64,000 nucleotides of DNA, taken from Acidobacteriota bacterium. GTDB taxonomy: Bacteria > Acidobacteriota > CAIWXX01. Location of the stretch: contig JBFMAF010000026.1 of the NCBI GenBank assembly GCA_040755995.1, positions 44,889 to 108,888 on the forward strand, written 5' to 3'. How positions within the stretch are numbered: the stretch's first letter is position 1; the number at the start of each line of letters is the position of its first letter. This document shows positions 18,503 through 30,329 of the stretch, piece after piece. A program made the translations under genes and the position numbers. The notes below the pieces were generated by a model. That model saw only the letters and a list, made by a program, of their open reading frames with translations, was not told the origin of the DNA and ran no database searches.

Positions 18503-20035
18503 TCACGTTTTCTCGTGAGGTGCCGTCTCAGCGAGATGGTCTGCGAAGCTGTCGAAGATCGCCCGGATGCTCTCGTGCAGATCCTGCAGGACTTGCAGGA
18601 CGCGAGGATCGAAATGGGCGGGGGAGACGCGATCGTCGCCGAGCCGCAGGACTCCGAGGGCCTGTTCGTGCGTGAAGGGCGGCTTGTAGGAACGCTGGGT
18701 GCGAAGAGCGTCGTAGACGTCGATGACCTTCACAATGCGCGCCTCCAGCGGGATCTGCTCCCCGCGCAAGCCTGACGGGTAGCCGGTTCCATCGTAGTTC
18801 TCGTGATGCGAAAGGGCGATGTTGCGCGCAACCGTGAGATGAGGGGACCCACCCAGGATGTGCGCCCCATTGACGGTGTGCGTGTTCATCACGGCGCGCT
18901 CGCGCTCGTCGAGCACCCCCTCCTTCCGGATGATCTCGATCGGGATTGTGATCTTGCCGACGTCATGCATCAGCGAGCACTTCGCCATCCAGCGAACGAA
19001 GGATGGATCCGATCCCAAGGCTTCAGCGACACTCCTCGCGTAGGCGCTGACCCGATTGATATGGTTGGCTGTGTTTGCATCGTAGAACTCGGCGGCCAGC
19101 GCGAGCGCCTCCATCGTGTAACCGAATGCTTTCTCGGTCTGGCGAGCGCCGTATCGTATGCGCTCGAAGACGCTCCAGTGCCTGATCATCGCGCGCAGGA
19201 GCGGGATTTCGTAAAGGCCCACTTCCCATGGGTAGCCGGCGGCCAGTACCGAATGCCGCCCGGACACGACAGCCACGAAGTTGGCAATCGGCACGTTCTC
19301 GGGTAGACGCAGAGTCCGACAGAGCTCACGCGGCGGCGGAGACTTGCTGATGTACTGGTTCTCGCCGCGCTCGAACGGACGGAGCAGGTCATGCAGGACA
19401 GCCGGTGTGATCTCCATGAACTCCTGCTTCCATTCGCCGCGTTCGTAACAACAGACAATCGCGTAGATCGTGCCGCGGGCCTCGATCCCGCCCCACACCG
19501 CCTGAGGATGGTTCGGCAGCCCGGGCTCGACGCCGAGCAGCTGGCGTGCCATCGTGGAGGCCACGTCGCCCGCATGGAGATCGGCCACGATCTTTCCTGC
19601 GAAGTTCTCTGCGAAAGTGCCCAGCTTGTCCATCTCGTAGTAGGAGATAAGGAGCCTGTCGCTGAGGTGCTTCGATCTGAGGAGAGAGCGCACCCGAGCC
19701 AGCAGCTCGTCCTGGACGACCGGCATGGCCAACACATCCTCGGCGCCGGCGTCCAGACAGCGGACACGATCCTCGCTGTTGCCCTGGCTGCCTATTACCA
19801 CCACGGGCACCTGCGATGTCGTCTCGTTGCTCTTTATCTCTGCGCAGAGCGCGACCTGGCCCATCTCGGGCAGCCGGCGATCCACAAGAATCAGATCTGG
19901 TGGCGCCGCGGCGGAGCTGGCCAGCGCTTCGCGGCCGCTGCCGCTCGTCAGAGCCTCATATCCGGCTGACCGCAGCCATCCCGCCATGGTCTCCCTGCTC
20001 TTCGCATCGCCGTCCACGATGAGAATGCGATCCAT
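18503..20035 (-). CDS. Response regulator / HD-GYP c-di-GMP phosphodiesterase
   Basis: N-terminal receiver. HDVGK, HTVNG, HHENYDGTGYP, DVYDAL, RSYK. Confidence 0.93.
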   Translation of the reverse strand: MDRILIVDGDAKSRETMAGWLRSAGYEALTSGSGREALASSAAAPPDLILVDRRLPEMGQVALCAEIKSNETTSQVPVVVIGSQGNSEDRVRCLDAGAEDVLAMPVVQDELLARVRSLLRSKHLSDRLLISYYEMDKLGTFAENFAGKIVADLHAGDVASTMARQLLGVEPGLPNHPQAVWGGIEARGTIYAIVCCYERGEWKQEFMEITPAVLHDLLRPFERGENQYISKSPPPRELCRTLRLPENVPIANFVAVVSGRHSVLAAGYPWEVGLYEIPLLRAMIRHWSVFERIRYGARQTEKAFGYTMEALALAAEFYDANTANHINRVSAYARSVAEALGSDPSFVRWMAKCSLMHDVGKITIPIEIIRKEGVLDERERAVMNTHTVNGAHILGGSPHLTVARNIALSHHENYDGTGYPSGLRGEQIPLEARIVKVIDVYDALRTQRSYKPPFTHEQALGVLRLGDDRVSPAHFDPRVLQVLQDLHESIRAIFDSFADHLAETAPHEKT

Positions 20036-20332
20036 CTCTTTCCGCCTCCTTCATCTATCCTGGACCGGACTGCCAACTAGTATACCAGACGGAGGCACTG
20101 GCAGGGCTCCGTTTCCCGCATCACGCCCGGCGGCGAAAACAGCCGGAGCTAGTCGATTCCGTATCGCTTCGCGGCCCAGAGATACGGAGCGGCGTAGCCT
20201 TTCAGTGTGCCCCACCGATCGATCAACCCGCCGTCGGCAGTCTTGAGGACCGTGACGCGTGACGGTGAGGGCGCGCCGTGCGAGCGCTGCATGCCCTGCG
20301 ACACCACTATGAAATCGCCCTTAGCCGCCCGG

Positions 20333-21565
20333 TCACTCCGCGTCCTTCCAGTGTTCGAGAATCGACTTGACCTCGGCCAGGAACGGGTCGGCCAGCGAAC
20401 CATCGGCTGCCCGGTGGTCGAATGTGAGACTGAGGTAGACCATCGGCCGGATGGCAATCGCGTCGTCGATCACGACAGGCCTCCTGGTGATGGCGCCTAC
20501 CCCGAGGATCGCCGTCTGCGGCTGATTGATGATCGGCGTGCCGAACAGGCTCCCGAAGACCCCGAAGTTCGTGATCGTGAACGTCCCGCCCTTGACGTCG
20601 TCAGGCGAGAGCTTCTTCGTCCTGGCGGCCTCCGCAAGCTGCTGTATGGCGCGCGCCAGCCCCAGAAAGCTTCGTTCATCGGCTCCCTTGACTACCGGGA
20701 CGATCAGCCCGCCGCCTTCGAGCGCAACCGCGATGCCCAGGTTGACGTAGTCCTTGTAGATGATTTCTGTGCCTTCCACCGACGAATTGATCGCCGGATG
20801 ATGCTTCAAGGAGGCCACCGCGGCGGACGCGATGTACGGCATGTACGTGAGCGAGAACCCCTCGCGCATTCTGAAGGCATCCTTTGCGGCGTCCCGCGAC
20901 CTGGTCACAGCGGCCATGTCCACCTCGAAGAAAGTGGTGAGATGAGGGGACACGCGCTTGCTCATGACCATATGTTCGGCGATCGCCTGCCTCATGACGC
21001 TCATGCGCTCGCGCCGCTCCCGAGCCCCCGCCGGGCGCGGGGCCGGGGCGGGCGGCGCCGGTGCCGGGGGTGCTGGCTGCCTGGCGCCCTCGACGGCGGC
21101 CAGGACGTCTCGCTTGGTGACTCGACCTCCGGCTCCAGTCCCCGGGACGCCCTTGAGATCCACCTCGTGCTCGCGCGCAATACGCTTCACGAGAGGAGTG
21201 GCACGAATAGAAATCGTAGGCTCGTCCTCGGCGGCCTCCTGCACGCCAGATGGAGGCTCCGTCGGCGCCTTCTCCGGCACGGCGGCCGCCGGCTTCGGCT
21301 CAGCCGGCTGCGCCGCGGCGACTGCCAGCTCGGTTTCGACCATGGCGACGGTGCTCCCGACCGTCACCGTCTTGCCCTCCTCCACGAGGATTTTCGAGAC
21401 GGTGCCGCTCACGGGCGACGGGATCTCCGTGTCGACCTTGTCGGTCGACACTTCGAACAGAGGCTCATCCTGTTTGATACTCTCGCCGATCTTCTTGAAC
21501 CACTTGGTCACCGTGCCCTCGGTGATGCTCTCACCCAGCTGTGGCATCAACACTTTGGTTTCCAT
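20333..21565 (-). CDS. 2-oxo-acid dehydrogenase E2 (dihydrolipoamide acyltransferase)
   Basis: Lipoyl motif STDKVDTE, E3-binding GTGAGGRVTKRD, catalytic DHRAADG. Confidence 0.95.
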   Translation of the reverse strand: METKVLMPQLGESITEGTVTKWFKKIGESIKQDEPLFEVSTDKVDTEIPSPVSGTVSKILVEEGKTVTVGSTVAMVETELAVAAAQPAEPKPAAAVPEKAPTEPPSGVQEAAEDEPTISIRATPLVKRIAREHEVDLKGVPGTGAGGRVTKRDVLAAVEGARQPAPPAPAPPAPAPRPAGARERRERMSVMRQAIAEHMVMSKRVSPHLTTFFEVDMAAVTRSRDAAKDAFRMREGFSLTYMPYIASAAVASLKHHPAINSSVEGTEIIYKDYVNLGIAVALEGGGLIVPVVKGADERSFLGLARAIQQLAEAARTKKLSPDDVKGGTFTITNFGVFGSLFGTPIINQPQTAILGVGAITRRPVVIDDAIAIRPMVYLSLTFDHRAADGSLADPFLAEVKSILEHWKDAE

Positions 21566-21610
21566 GTGCCCTCCTCATGGCCCCCTTCTTGCCCGCTCAC
21601 ATCGATCGCC

Positions 21611-23008
21611 TCACATGTGAATGGGATGACCGGTCCAGGCCTCGGCCGCCTCCAGTATGCTCTCGTACAGAGTCGGGTGGGCATGCATCATGCTTAGCAT
21701 CTCCCACATCGTGCCCTCTGCTGCCATGAACGATGCCGGTTCGGAGATGAGCTCGGTGGCATGAGGCCCGATGATGCTGCACCCGAGGATCTCGCCGAAC
21801 CTCTTGTCGGCGATGATCTTGACGAATCCCTCGCGATGTCCAACGATCCCTGCCTTGCCCAGGGCCGCGAACGGAAACTTGCCGATGCCGACCTCCGCGC
21901 CGCGTTTGCGCGCTTCGGCCTCGGTCAGGCCGACCCTCGCGACCTCCGGGTCGCAATAGGTGCAGAACGGCACCTGGTCGTAGTTCAACGGGCGGGCATC
22001 GCTGCTCGCGATCCTCTCGACCGCCATCTTCCCCTCGGCCGACGCGACGTGCGCGAGCTGCGGCGTCGCGATGCAGTCGCCGATTGCATAGTGGCCGGGA
22101 ACGTTGGTCCGGCAGTATTCGTCGACCTTGATGAATCCCTTTTCGACCGCGATGCCGAGCTTATCGAGGCCCATGTTCTCGGTCACGGGTCTGCGGCCTA
22201 CAGCGACCAGCACCTTCTCGAAGTCCGCTTCGGCCGTCTCCTTCGGGCCCGTGATTCGAAGCCGCACTGCGTTCTCCATCGGCGTAAGCGCGTCGACTCT
22301 TGTGGCGGCGTGGATTCTGATGCCGCGCTTGGCAAGCTCGGCGTGCAGTGCCGCTGCCACATCCGGGTCCTCGAAAGGCAGAATGTGATCGAGGATCTCG
22401 ATGATCGTGACCTGAGATCCGACCGCCTGAAAGATGCTTGCGAATTCGACTCCGACCGCCCCGGCGCCCACCACTGCGATGGTCGAAGGGATCGCCATGA
22501 GCTCGAGTGCCTCGTTGCTCGTGATGATTGCCGGATGATGCACGTCGAACGGCGGGAAGATCTTGGGCTCGGATCCGGTTGCGATCAGGACGTTTTTCGC
22601 GGCGATCCTGCGGGAGCTCCCGCCCTCGGCGACGATCTCGACGAGCCCGGTCCCCGCCAGGTGCGCTCGTCCGTTGATCACCTCGACCTGGTTCTTCTTC
22701 ATCAGTGACTCCACACCCTTGGCCAGCCGCAGCACCAGCCGGTCTTTGCGCTGTTGCACGGTGGGCCAGTCGATGGAGGCCGCGCCGATGGTGATGCCGA
22801 ATTCCTTGAACGACCTGGCCTTGGTGTAGAGATAGGCGGTTTCCAGCAGAGCTTTGGTCGGAATGCAGCCCCTCAACAGACAGGTCCCGCCGAGGCGCTT
22901 GTCTTTCTCGACCAATGTGGTCGAGAGCCCGAGCTGTGCGGCGCGGATCGCGGCTACGTAACCTCCCGGCCCTGCGCCGATGATAACCAGATCCTTATTG
23001 CTTTCCAT
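21611..23008 (-). CDS. lpdA: Dihydrolipoyl dehydrogenase
   Basis: GAGPGGYVAAIRAAQLG, GGTCLLRGCIPTK, HAHPTLYE. Confidence 0.97.
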   Translation of the reverse strand: MESNKDLVIIGAGPGGYVAAIRAAQLGLSTTLVEKDKRLGGTCLLRGCIPTKALLETAYLYTKARSFKEFGITIGAASIDWPTVQQRKDRLVLRLAKGVESLMKKNQVEVINGRAHLAGTGLVEIVAEGGSSRRIAAKNVLIATGSEPKIFPPFDVHHPAIITSNEALELMAIPSTIAVVGAGAVGVEFASIFQAVGSQVTIIEILDHILPFEDPDVAAALHAELAKRGIRIHAATRVDALTPMENAVRLRITGPKETAEADFEKVLVAVGRRPVTENMGLDKLGIAVEKGFIKVDEYCRTNVPGHYAIGDCIATPQLAHVASAEGKMAVERIASSDARPLNYDQVPFCTYCDPEVARVGLTEAEARKRGAEVGIGKFPFAALGKAGIVGHREGFVKIIADKRFGEILGCSIIGPHATELISEPASFMAAEGTMWEMLSMMHAHPTLYESILEAAEAWTGHPIHM

Positions 23009-23236
23009 GTGTGTTCAGCTCCTCATGATCTGGTTGAAGCTACCATACGGGTAGAGGCCGTGCAAGACTGCGGTCAGCCCGCTCTGGCTGCCTCGCACAT
23101 GACGCTAGGACGCCCGCGGCGGTCATGTTAGGATCGGCTGCATGTGGCGGATATCGGACATCTGCTGCGGAGAGATGAGACTCGACGGATGCCCCGTGGA
23201 GCGAGCGATCGACCGGGCTGACCCCGTGTGCTCTGC

Positions 23237-25648
23237 ATGATGGTGAAAAAGCGCAGAGCGAATCGCATCGGGATCGGACTGATCCTGGCAATCGTCGTTC
23301 TTGGCCTGGCCTACTCTCTACGCCGTTCGCCGGAGACCTCAGTCAGACCGAGCTCGCGACCTCCGGATGTAGCGGAAAGGAATGCGGAACAGCTGGAGGC
23401 ACACCTGTCTGCCGGCCCGGCCTCGATGAACCCTGCGCCGCACCAACTCCGCAGACCTTTCGGCGCAGGATCACCGGCGCGTGGCGAATCGCCGCAGGCA
23501 TCCTTGGGAGCGGAACGAACCGCGACGCTGGAGGAGGCCGCCCCAGACCCACCGGATGAGCCGGCGGCCTCGGCACCACTCCGCGGCCTGGCATTCCAGA
23601 TCGAGCCACAGCCTTTCCCCGGCCAAGGTCTACCGACCGGCCTCGATCTGGGCCGCCTGCGAATCGGCGGCGGGGGCATAGACGGTTCAGCCCTCCTCTT
23701 CCAGAGCCTGCTCTTCCTCGGCATCCAGCAAAGCTATCGCGTCAGTGAGGAGAAGACCCGCAGCCGCCTCGGCAAGGATGTCCTCGCGAACTGGGGCGCT
23801 TCACTGCGAAACCTGGACCGGTGGTCAGACGGAGGCAAGTTCTTCACGAACTACGTGGCACATCCGCTACAGGGAGCCGTCAGCGGCAGGATTCTGGTTC
23901 AGAACGATCCCCGTGGCCGCGCGCTGTGCTTCGGCGACGACGGCTACTGGCGCAGCCGCCTCAGAGCGTTCGGCTTTGCCACACTGTACAGCACCCAGTT
24001 CGAGATCGGGCCTGTTAGCGAGGCCACGATGGGACTGGATCCGAATCGTGAGGCTCTCGTCGACCTCGTCGTGACCCCCACGCTGGGCACGGGCATGCTG
24101 ATAGGCGAGGACGCAGTGGATCGCTACCTCATGCAGCGCATCGAGCGGTCCGCCGACTCCAAGAACCTCGTGCGGCTCGCAAGGAGTCTCCTGACGCCGG
24201 CTCGGTCCTTCACCAATCTCCTCCGATTCCAGCGGCCATGGCAACGAGATGATCGGGGGCTGACGGAGCTGCGGGAGGAGCTGCTTGCGTACCGGGCGAG
24301 TATTTCAATGCAGGAGCAGAGGCGACTCGCCGAGCATTTCGCTCCTCGGCTGATCTTCCACCCCGACGAGCAGTACTTCCCATGCAGCCCGCTCTTCCCG
24401 CTGGAAGGAGCCGAGCCGGCCGTAGAACCGGCATCGGTTTGTCGAGAGGCACAGCTCGCGCGTCTCCGCAATGCGGAGTCACGCGCCGAGGCGTACCGCG
24501 CGCTGCCGCTGCTTGAGAGACTCGACCGGGCGCGCCTGTACTTCCGTGCGTACCCGATCGACCTGGACGGGCGCCAACGAATCGTCGTCGAGTACTGGCT
24601 CTACTACGTCTACAACGCATACCGGGCCCGATGGGGGCTGTTGCCTTTCGGCAGCGATCTGAGCCATCCGAACGACCTGGAGCATATCTTCCTCATTCTC
24701 AGACCGGCGCCGGACCGCGACTTCGGCTACAGCATCGAAACCGTCATCGCAAATGCTCACGGCGACAGCGTACCCAACAACGTGCTCCGGCTGGCGGACC
24801 GTCCAACCTCGCCGCCGCACATGCGCTTCCTGGTCGAGCTCGGGTCGCACGCCTCGGCGGCGGATGTCGACGGCGACGGGGTCTTCACCCCCGGAGTGGA
24901 CTCGAGCCGTGAGGCCAAGTACGACTGGGGTATCCGCGACCGCGCCTCACCATGGCTGCGCTACAGCCCCTCCTCCATGGACCCGCGCCGCAGCGGCTCG
25001 GCGATCATGCTGGACCCCGAGCTGCCATCGGAAGATGGATCCATGTTCATGACTCCGTCCCGGTATCGACTCGATCATGCCGACGCGATCGACGCGCAGT
25101 TCGCGGCCCTCGGCCTTACGGCCGACGAGCGAGAAGCGCTCTTTCAGACCCACGTTGCCTGGATCAAGCAGCTGTTCGGCCGGTCGGACGGAGGCTCCTC
25201 GGCACTCCTCCGGCCCTCCGAACATCCCGACTACGGCAATCCACGGCGGATGATGCACGACGTGGGCCGGAGCGAGCGTGGGATCACGGTCGGAGCGACC
25301 ATGATCGCGGACAGCCACCCGCTGATGATCGGCGGTCGCTATGCCTTCGTCACGAAGCCCGCGTTCACGCCGAACGTGCTCCTGGACGGCTATGCGATGT
25401 GGATCATCCCGGACGGGCAGCTGTATGACTTCGAGCTGCTCGGGTACTACAATGTCGACGCCACGTCCAAGATCATCTTCGGCGGCGGCTTGATCTCCGA
25501 TTCACTCACCTTCCAGAATACCCAGCTCGACTGGATGGCCGGGCTGGAGCTGGGATTCGGCCGGCTGCGGTTTCGCACCGCCTACCGGACCGCGGGCTCC
25601 GTCAACGACGACTCGCTCGACTTCCGCATGTTCTATCTCATCCGGTGA
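23237..25648 (+). CDS. Multi-domain envelope protein (DUF3943-like + Vps62/NPP1-like + possible C-terminal beta-barrel)
   Basis: N-terminal TM. DGGKFFTNYVAHPLQG, FAPRLIFHPDEQYFP...EYWLYYVYN...HPNDLEH, amphipathic beta-strands at the C-terminus. Confidence 0.6.
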   Translation: MMVKKRRANRIGIGLILAIVVLGLAYSLRRSPETSVRPSSRPPDVAERNAEQLEAHLSAGPASMNPAPHQLRRPFGAGSPARGESPQASLGAERTATLEEAAPDPPDEPAASAPLRGLAFQIEPQPFPGQGLPTGLDLGRLRIGGGGIDGSALLFQSLLFLGIQQSYRVSEEKTRSRLGKDVLANWGASLRNLDRWSDGGKFFTNYVAHPLQGAVSGRILVQNDPRGRALCFGDDGYWRSRLRAFGFATLYSTQFEIGPVSEATMGLDPNREALVDLVVTPTLGTGMLIGEDAVDRYLMQRIERSADSKNLVRLARSLLTPARSFTNLLRFQRPWQRDDRGLTELREELLAYRASISMQEQRRLAEHFAPRLIFHPDEQYFPCSPLFPLEGAEPAVEPASVCREAQLARLRNAESRAEAYRALPLLERLDRARLYFRAYPIDLDGRQRIVVEYWLYYVYNAYRARWGLLPFGSDLSHPNDLEHIFLILRPAPDRDFGYSIETVIANAHGDSVPNNVLRLADRPTSPPHMRFLVELGSHASAADVDGDGVFTPGVDSSREAKYDWGIRDRASPWLRYSPSSMDPRRSGSAIMLDPELPSEDGSMFMTPSRYRLDHADAIDAQFAALGLTADEREALFQTHVAWIKQLFGRSDGGSSALLRPSEHPDYGNPRRMMHDVGRSERGITVGATMIADSHPLMIGGRYAFVTKPAFTPNVLLDGYAMWIIPDGQLYDFELLGYYNVDATSKIIFGGGLISDSLTFQNTQLDWMAGLELGFGRLRFRTAYRTAGSVNDDSLDFRMFYLIR

Positions 25649-25691
25649 GGGCGCGGCCGGCGATCCAGCCATCGCAGCCGTTGTGGTCGTT

Positions 25692-25759
25692 GTGAACGTG
25701 GACGGTGCCCCGGACGCAGATTCGTCTACGTTCACGTCGACGTCTACGTCCACGGACAC
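25692..25759. repeat. Hexamer (GTNNAC) tandem/inverted repeat
   Basis: GTGAAC GTGGAC ... GTCTAC GTTCAC GTCGAC GTCTAC GTCCAC. Confidence 0.7.
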
Positions 25760-25835
25760 AAAGGCGATGCTGCCGGTCCAGGATGTGCAGCCGTCTGTTG
25801 TGCGCTCCATGTGCGCCGTATAGAATCCAGCGCGT

Positions 25836-28449
<2,614 letters not shown>

Positions 28450-28469
<20 letters not shown>

Positions 28470-28519
28470 GAAATGCGAAATGAAAAGTCCGAAGTGCAAA
28501 GTGGGAAATGAGAAATGCG
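28450..28519. repeat. Heptamer tandem repeat (AAATGNN)x10
   Basis: gaatgca aaatgca aaatgag aaatgcg aaatgaa aagtccg aagtgca aagtggg aaatgag aaatgcg, spanning the mutS stop. Confidence 0.85.
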
Positions 28520-28579
28520 GAAGGCAAGAGCTGCCGGGGAGCGCGTGTAGCTTGAAACGGCCGGGAGGGGAGGACTAGA

Positions 28580-29674
28580 ATGCGCGGGATGTCAGAGCGT
28601 GCGGGCAAGGGATCTGGCGGCGCGCGCGCGGGCCAGTCACTGTTCATCGGAGTTGAGGGGGCGGAGCTGTCCGCCGACGAGAGACGATTCATCAAGAGAG
28701 CCCAGCCCGGCGGCTTCATACTGTTCGCGCGGAACCTGCAGTCGCCGGAGCAGACGCAGGCACTGCTGAGATCGATGCAGGAGCTTCTGGTTGAGCCCTG
28801 TTTCTTTGCGATCGACCAGGAAGGCGGGCGCGTGGATCGCCTGAAGCAGTTCATGCCGCCGATGCCGGCCATGTTCAAGACGGCGTTGAGAGGAGAGGAG
28901 GCTGTGAGGCGGCACGCCGCGGTCTCGGCGCACAGCCTGGCCGCACTGGGCTTCAACGTGAACTTCGCTCCGGTGCTCGACCTCTTTTCTCCGTTCCGCA
29001 ATGCGATCGAAGACCGCTGCTTTGGATGCGTGCCGGTCGATGTGGCGGCTCTTGGCGCCGCATACCTCCGCGAGATCAGGCGGCATGGAGTCTCCGGCAC
29101 GCTGAAACACTTCCCAGGGCTCGGCCGAGGCGAGTGCGACAGCCATCTCGAGCTGCCGGTCATTCCGATCAAGCGTGCGGCATTCATGAAGCACGACCTG
29201 CTGCCGTTCAGGAAGAATGTGCGCAACTCTCCGCTGGCGATGGTGGCTCATGCGTTCTACCCGGACTTCGAGAAATGCGACGAGCGTCCCATACCGGCCT
29301 CGCTCTCGCGCAACATCGTCACAGGGCTGCTTCGGAACGAGCTCGGGTTCGACGGGCTCGCCCTTACCGACGATCTGATGATGGGTGCGCTGAAGGGATT
29401 TGGAGAGGTGGACGAGATCAGCGAGCTGGCCCTGCTGGCGGGGTGCGACATGCTTCTGATCTGTCGCGGTCTCGAGAATTGCGAGAAGGCTTATCGCTTT
29501 CTCGCCCGGCGGGGGCCGGTCGCGCTGGCCAGACACAAGGCGCAGAGCGCACGGAGAATTCGGCGGGTGAAGTCCGCCATGAAGCTTCACCGCCAAGTGG
29601 CCGCCTTCAGCCCCGAGGCCTTCTCGAGGGCCTTCGCAGAGACTCTGGAGTTCACCTCCTGGATGGCGCATTGA
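28580..29674 (+). CDS. nagZ: Beta-N-acetylhexosaminidase (GH3)
   Basis: ILFARN, IDQEGGRVDRL, KHFPGLG...DSH, TDDLMM. Start at 28580 or 28589. Confidence 0.93.
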   Translation: MRGMSERAGKGSGGARAGQSLFIGVEGAELSADERRFIKRAQPGGFILFARNLQSPEQTQALLRSMQELLVEPCFFAIDQEGGRVDRLKQFMPPMPAMFKTALRGEEAVRRHAAVSAHSLAALGFNVNFAPVLDLFSPFRNAIEDRCFGCVPVDVAALGAAYLREIRRHGVSGTLKHFPGLGRGECDSHLELPVIPIKRAAFMKHDLLPFRKNVRNSPLAMVAHAFYPDFEKCDERPIPASLSRNIVTGLLRNELGFDGLALTDDLMMGALKGFGEVDEISELALLAGCDMLLICRGLENCEKAYRFLARRGPVALARHKAQSARRIRRVKSAMKLHRQVAAFSPEAFSRAFAETLEFTSWMAH

Positions 29675-29825
29675 GTCAGGCTCCTGGAGCGGTTCGTCAT
29701 CCCCCTGAATCTGTACCGGTACCCGATTCGAATCTGGTGCGAGTGCGCGTACGGGTACCGGCCTTCGGCCTGGGCAGGGCCAGGAGGGGCATGCTTCATC
29801 GATCAGACACGGCGCCTCGCTAAAA

Positions 29826-30329
29826 ATGGTTGAGAACGAGCCACTGTTCTGCCAGATCTGCGGCCGGTCGCAGGAGGCCTCGGTGGAGTTCTGCACGTGG
29901 TGCGGCGCCAAGCTGGCTCCGCTTACCGACCGCCAGGGACGGGCTCCCGTGGACCCCGCCGCGGGGCGCAACAAGCAAGGGATCGGGATCATTCTCTTCG
30001 TCCTGAACATCCTGACCTACCACTACTACTCGCGCTACTGGGGTGTCGTGGGCATGACCTTCTCGACACTCATCTGGGCATGGGGCAAGTCGGAAAACTG
30101 GTACAAGAACCGCGTGCGGCCGGAGGACCCCCCGGAGGTGCTCGCAGCCAAGCGCCTCTTGAGAGTGAGGATGACGCGTCAGGGGGCCGGGTTTTTTCTC
30201 TTCATGGCGGGCGCGTTCGTTTTCTACAAGTACCATCGACTGGTGGGCGGCCTGGTTGCCGGGCTTGGAGTTTTTCTCGGGTTCTATGACATGTGGATGA
30301 GGATCATCCGCCGAATCGTTCGACGATGA
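29826..30329 (+). CDS. Zinc-ribbon membrane protein
   Basis: CQICG...FCTWCGAKL followed by four hydrophobic segments. Confidence 0.75.
   Translation: MVENEPLFCQICGRSQEASVEFCTWCGAKLAPLTDRQGRAPVDPAAGRNKQGIGIILFVLNILTYHYYSRYWGVVGMTFSTLIWAWGKSENWYKNRVRPEDPPEVLAAKRLLRVRMTRQGAGFFLFMAGAFVFYKYHRLVGGLVAGLGVFLGFYDMWMRIIRRIVRR

Noticed and set aside
20333..23008. E2/E3 without E1 as a novel system
   Set aside because: Split 2-oxo-acid dehydrogenase loci are common.
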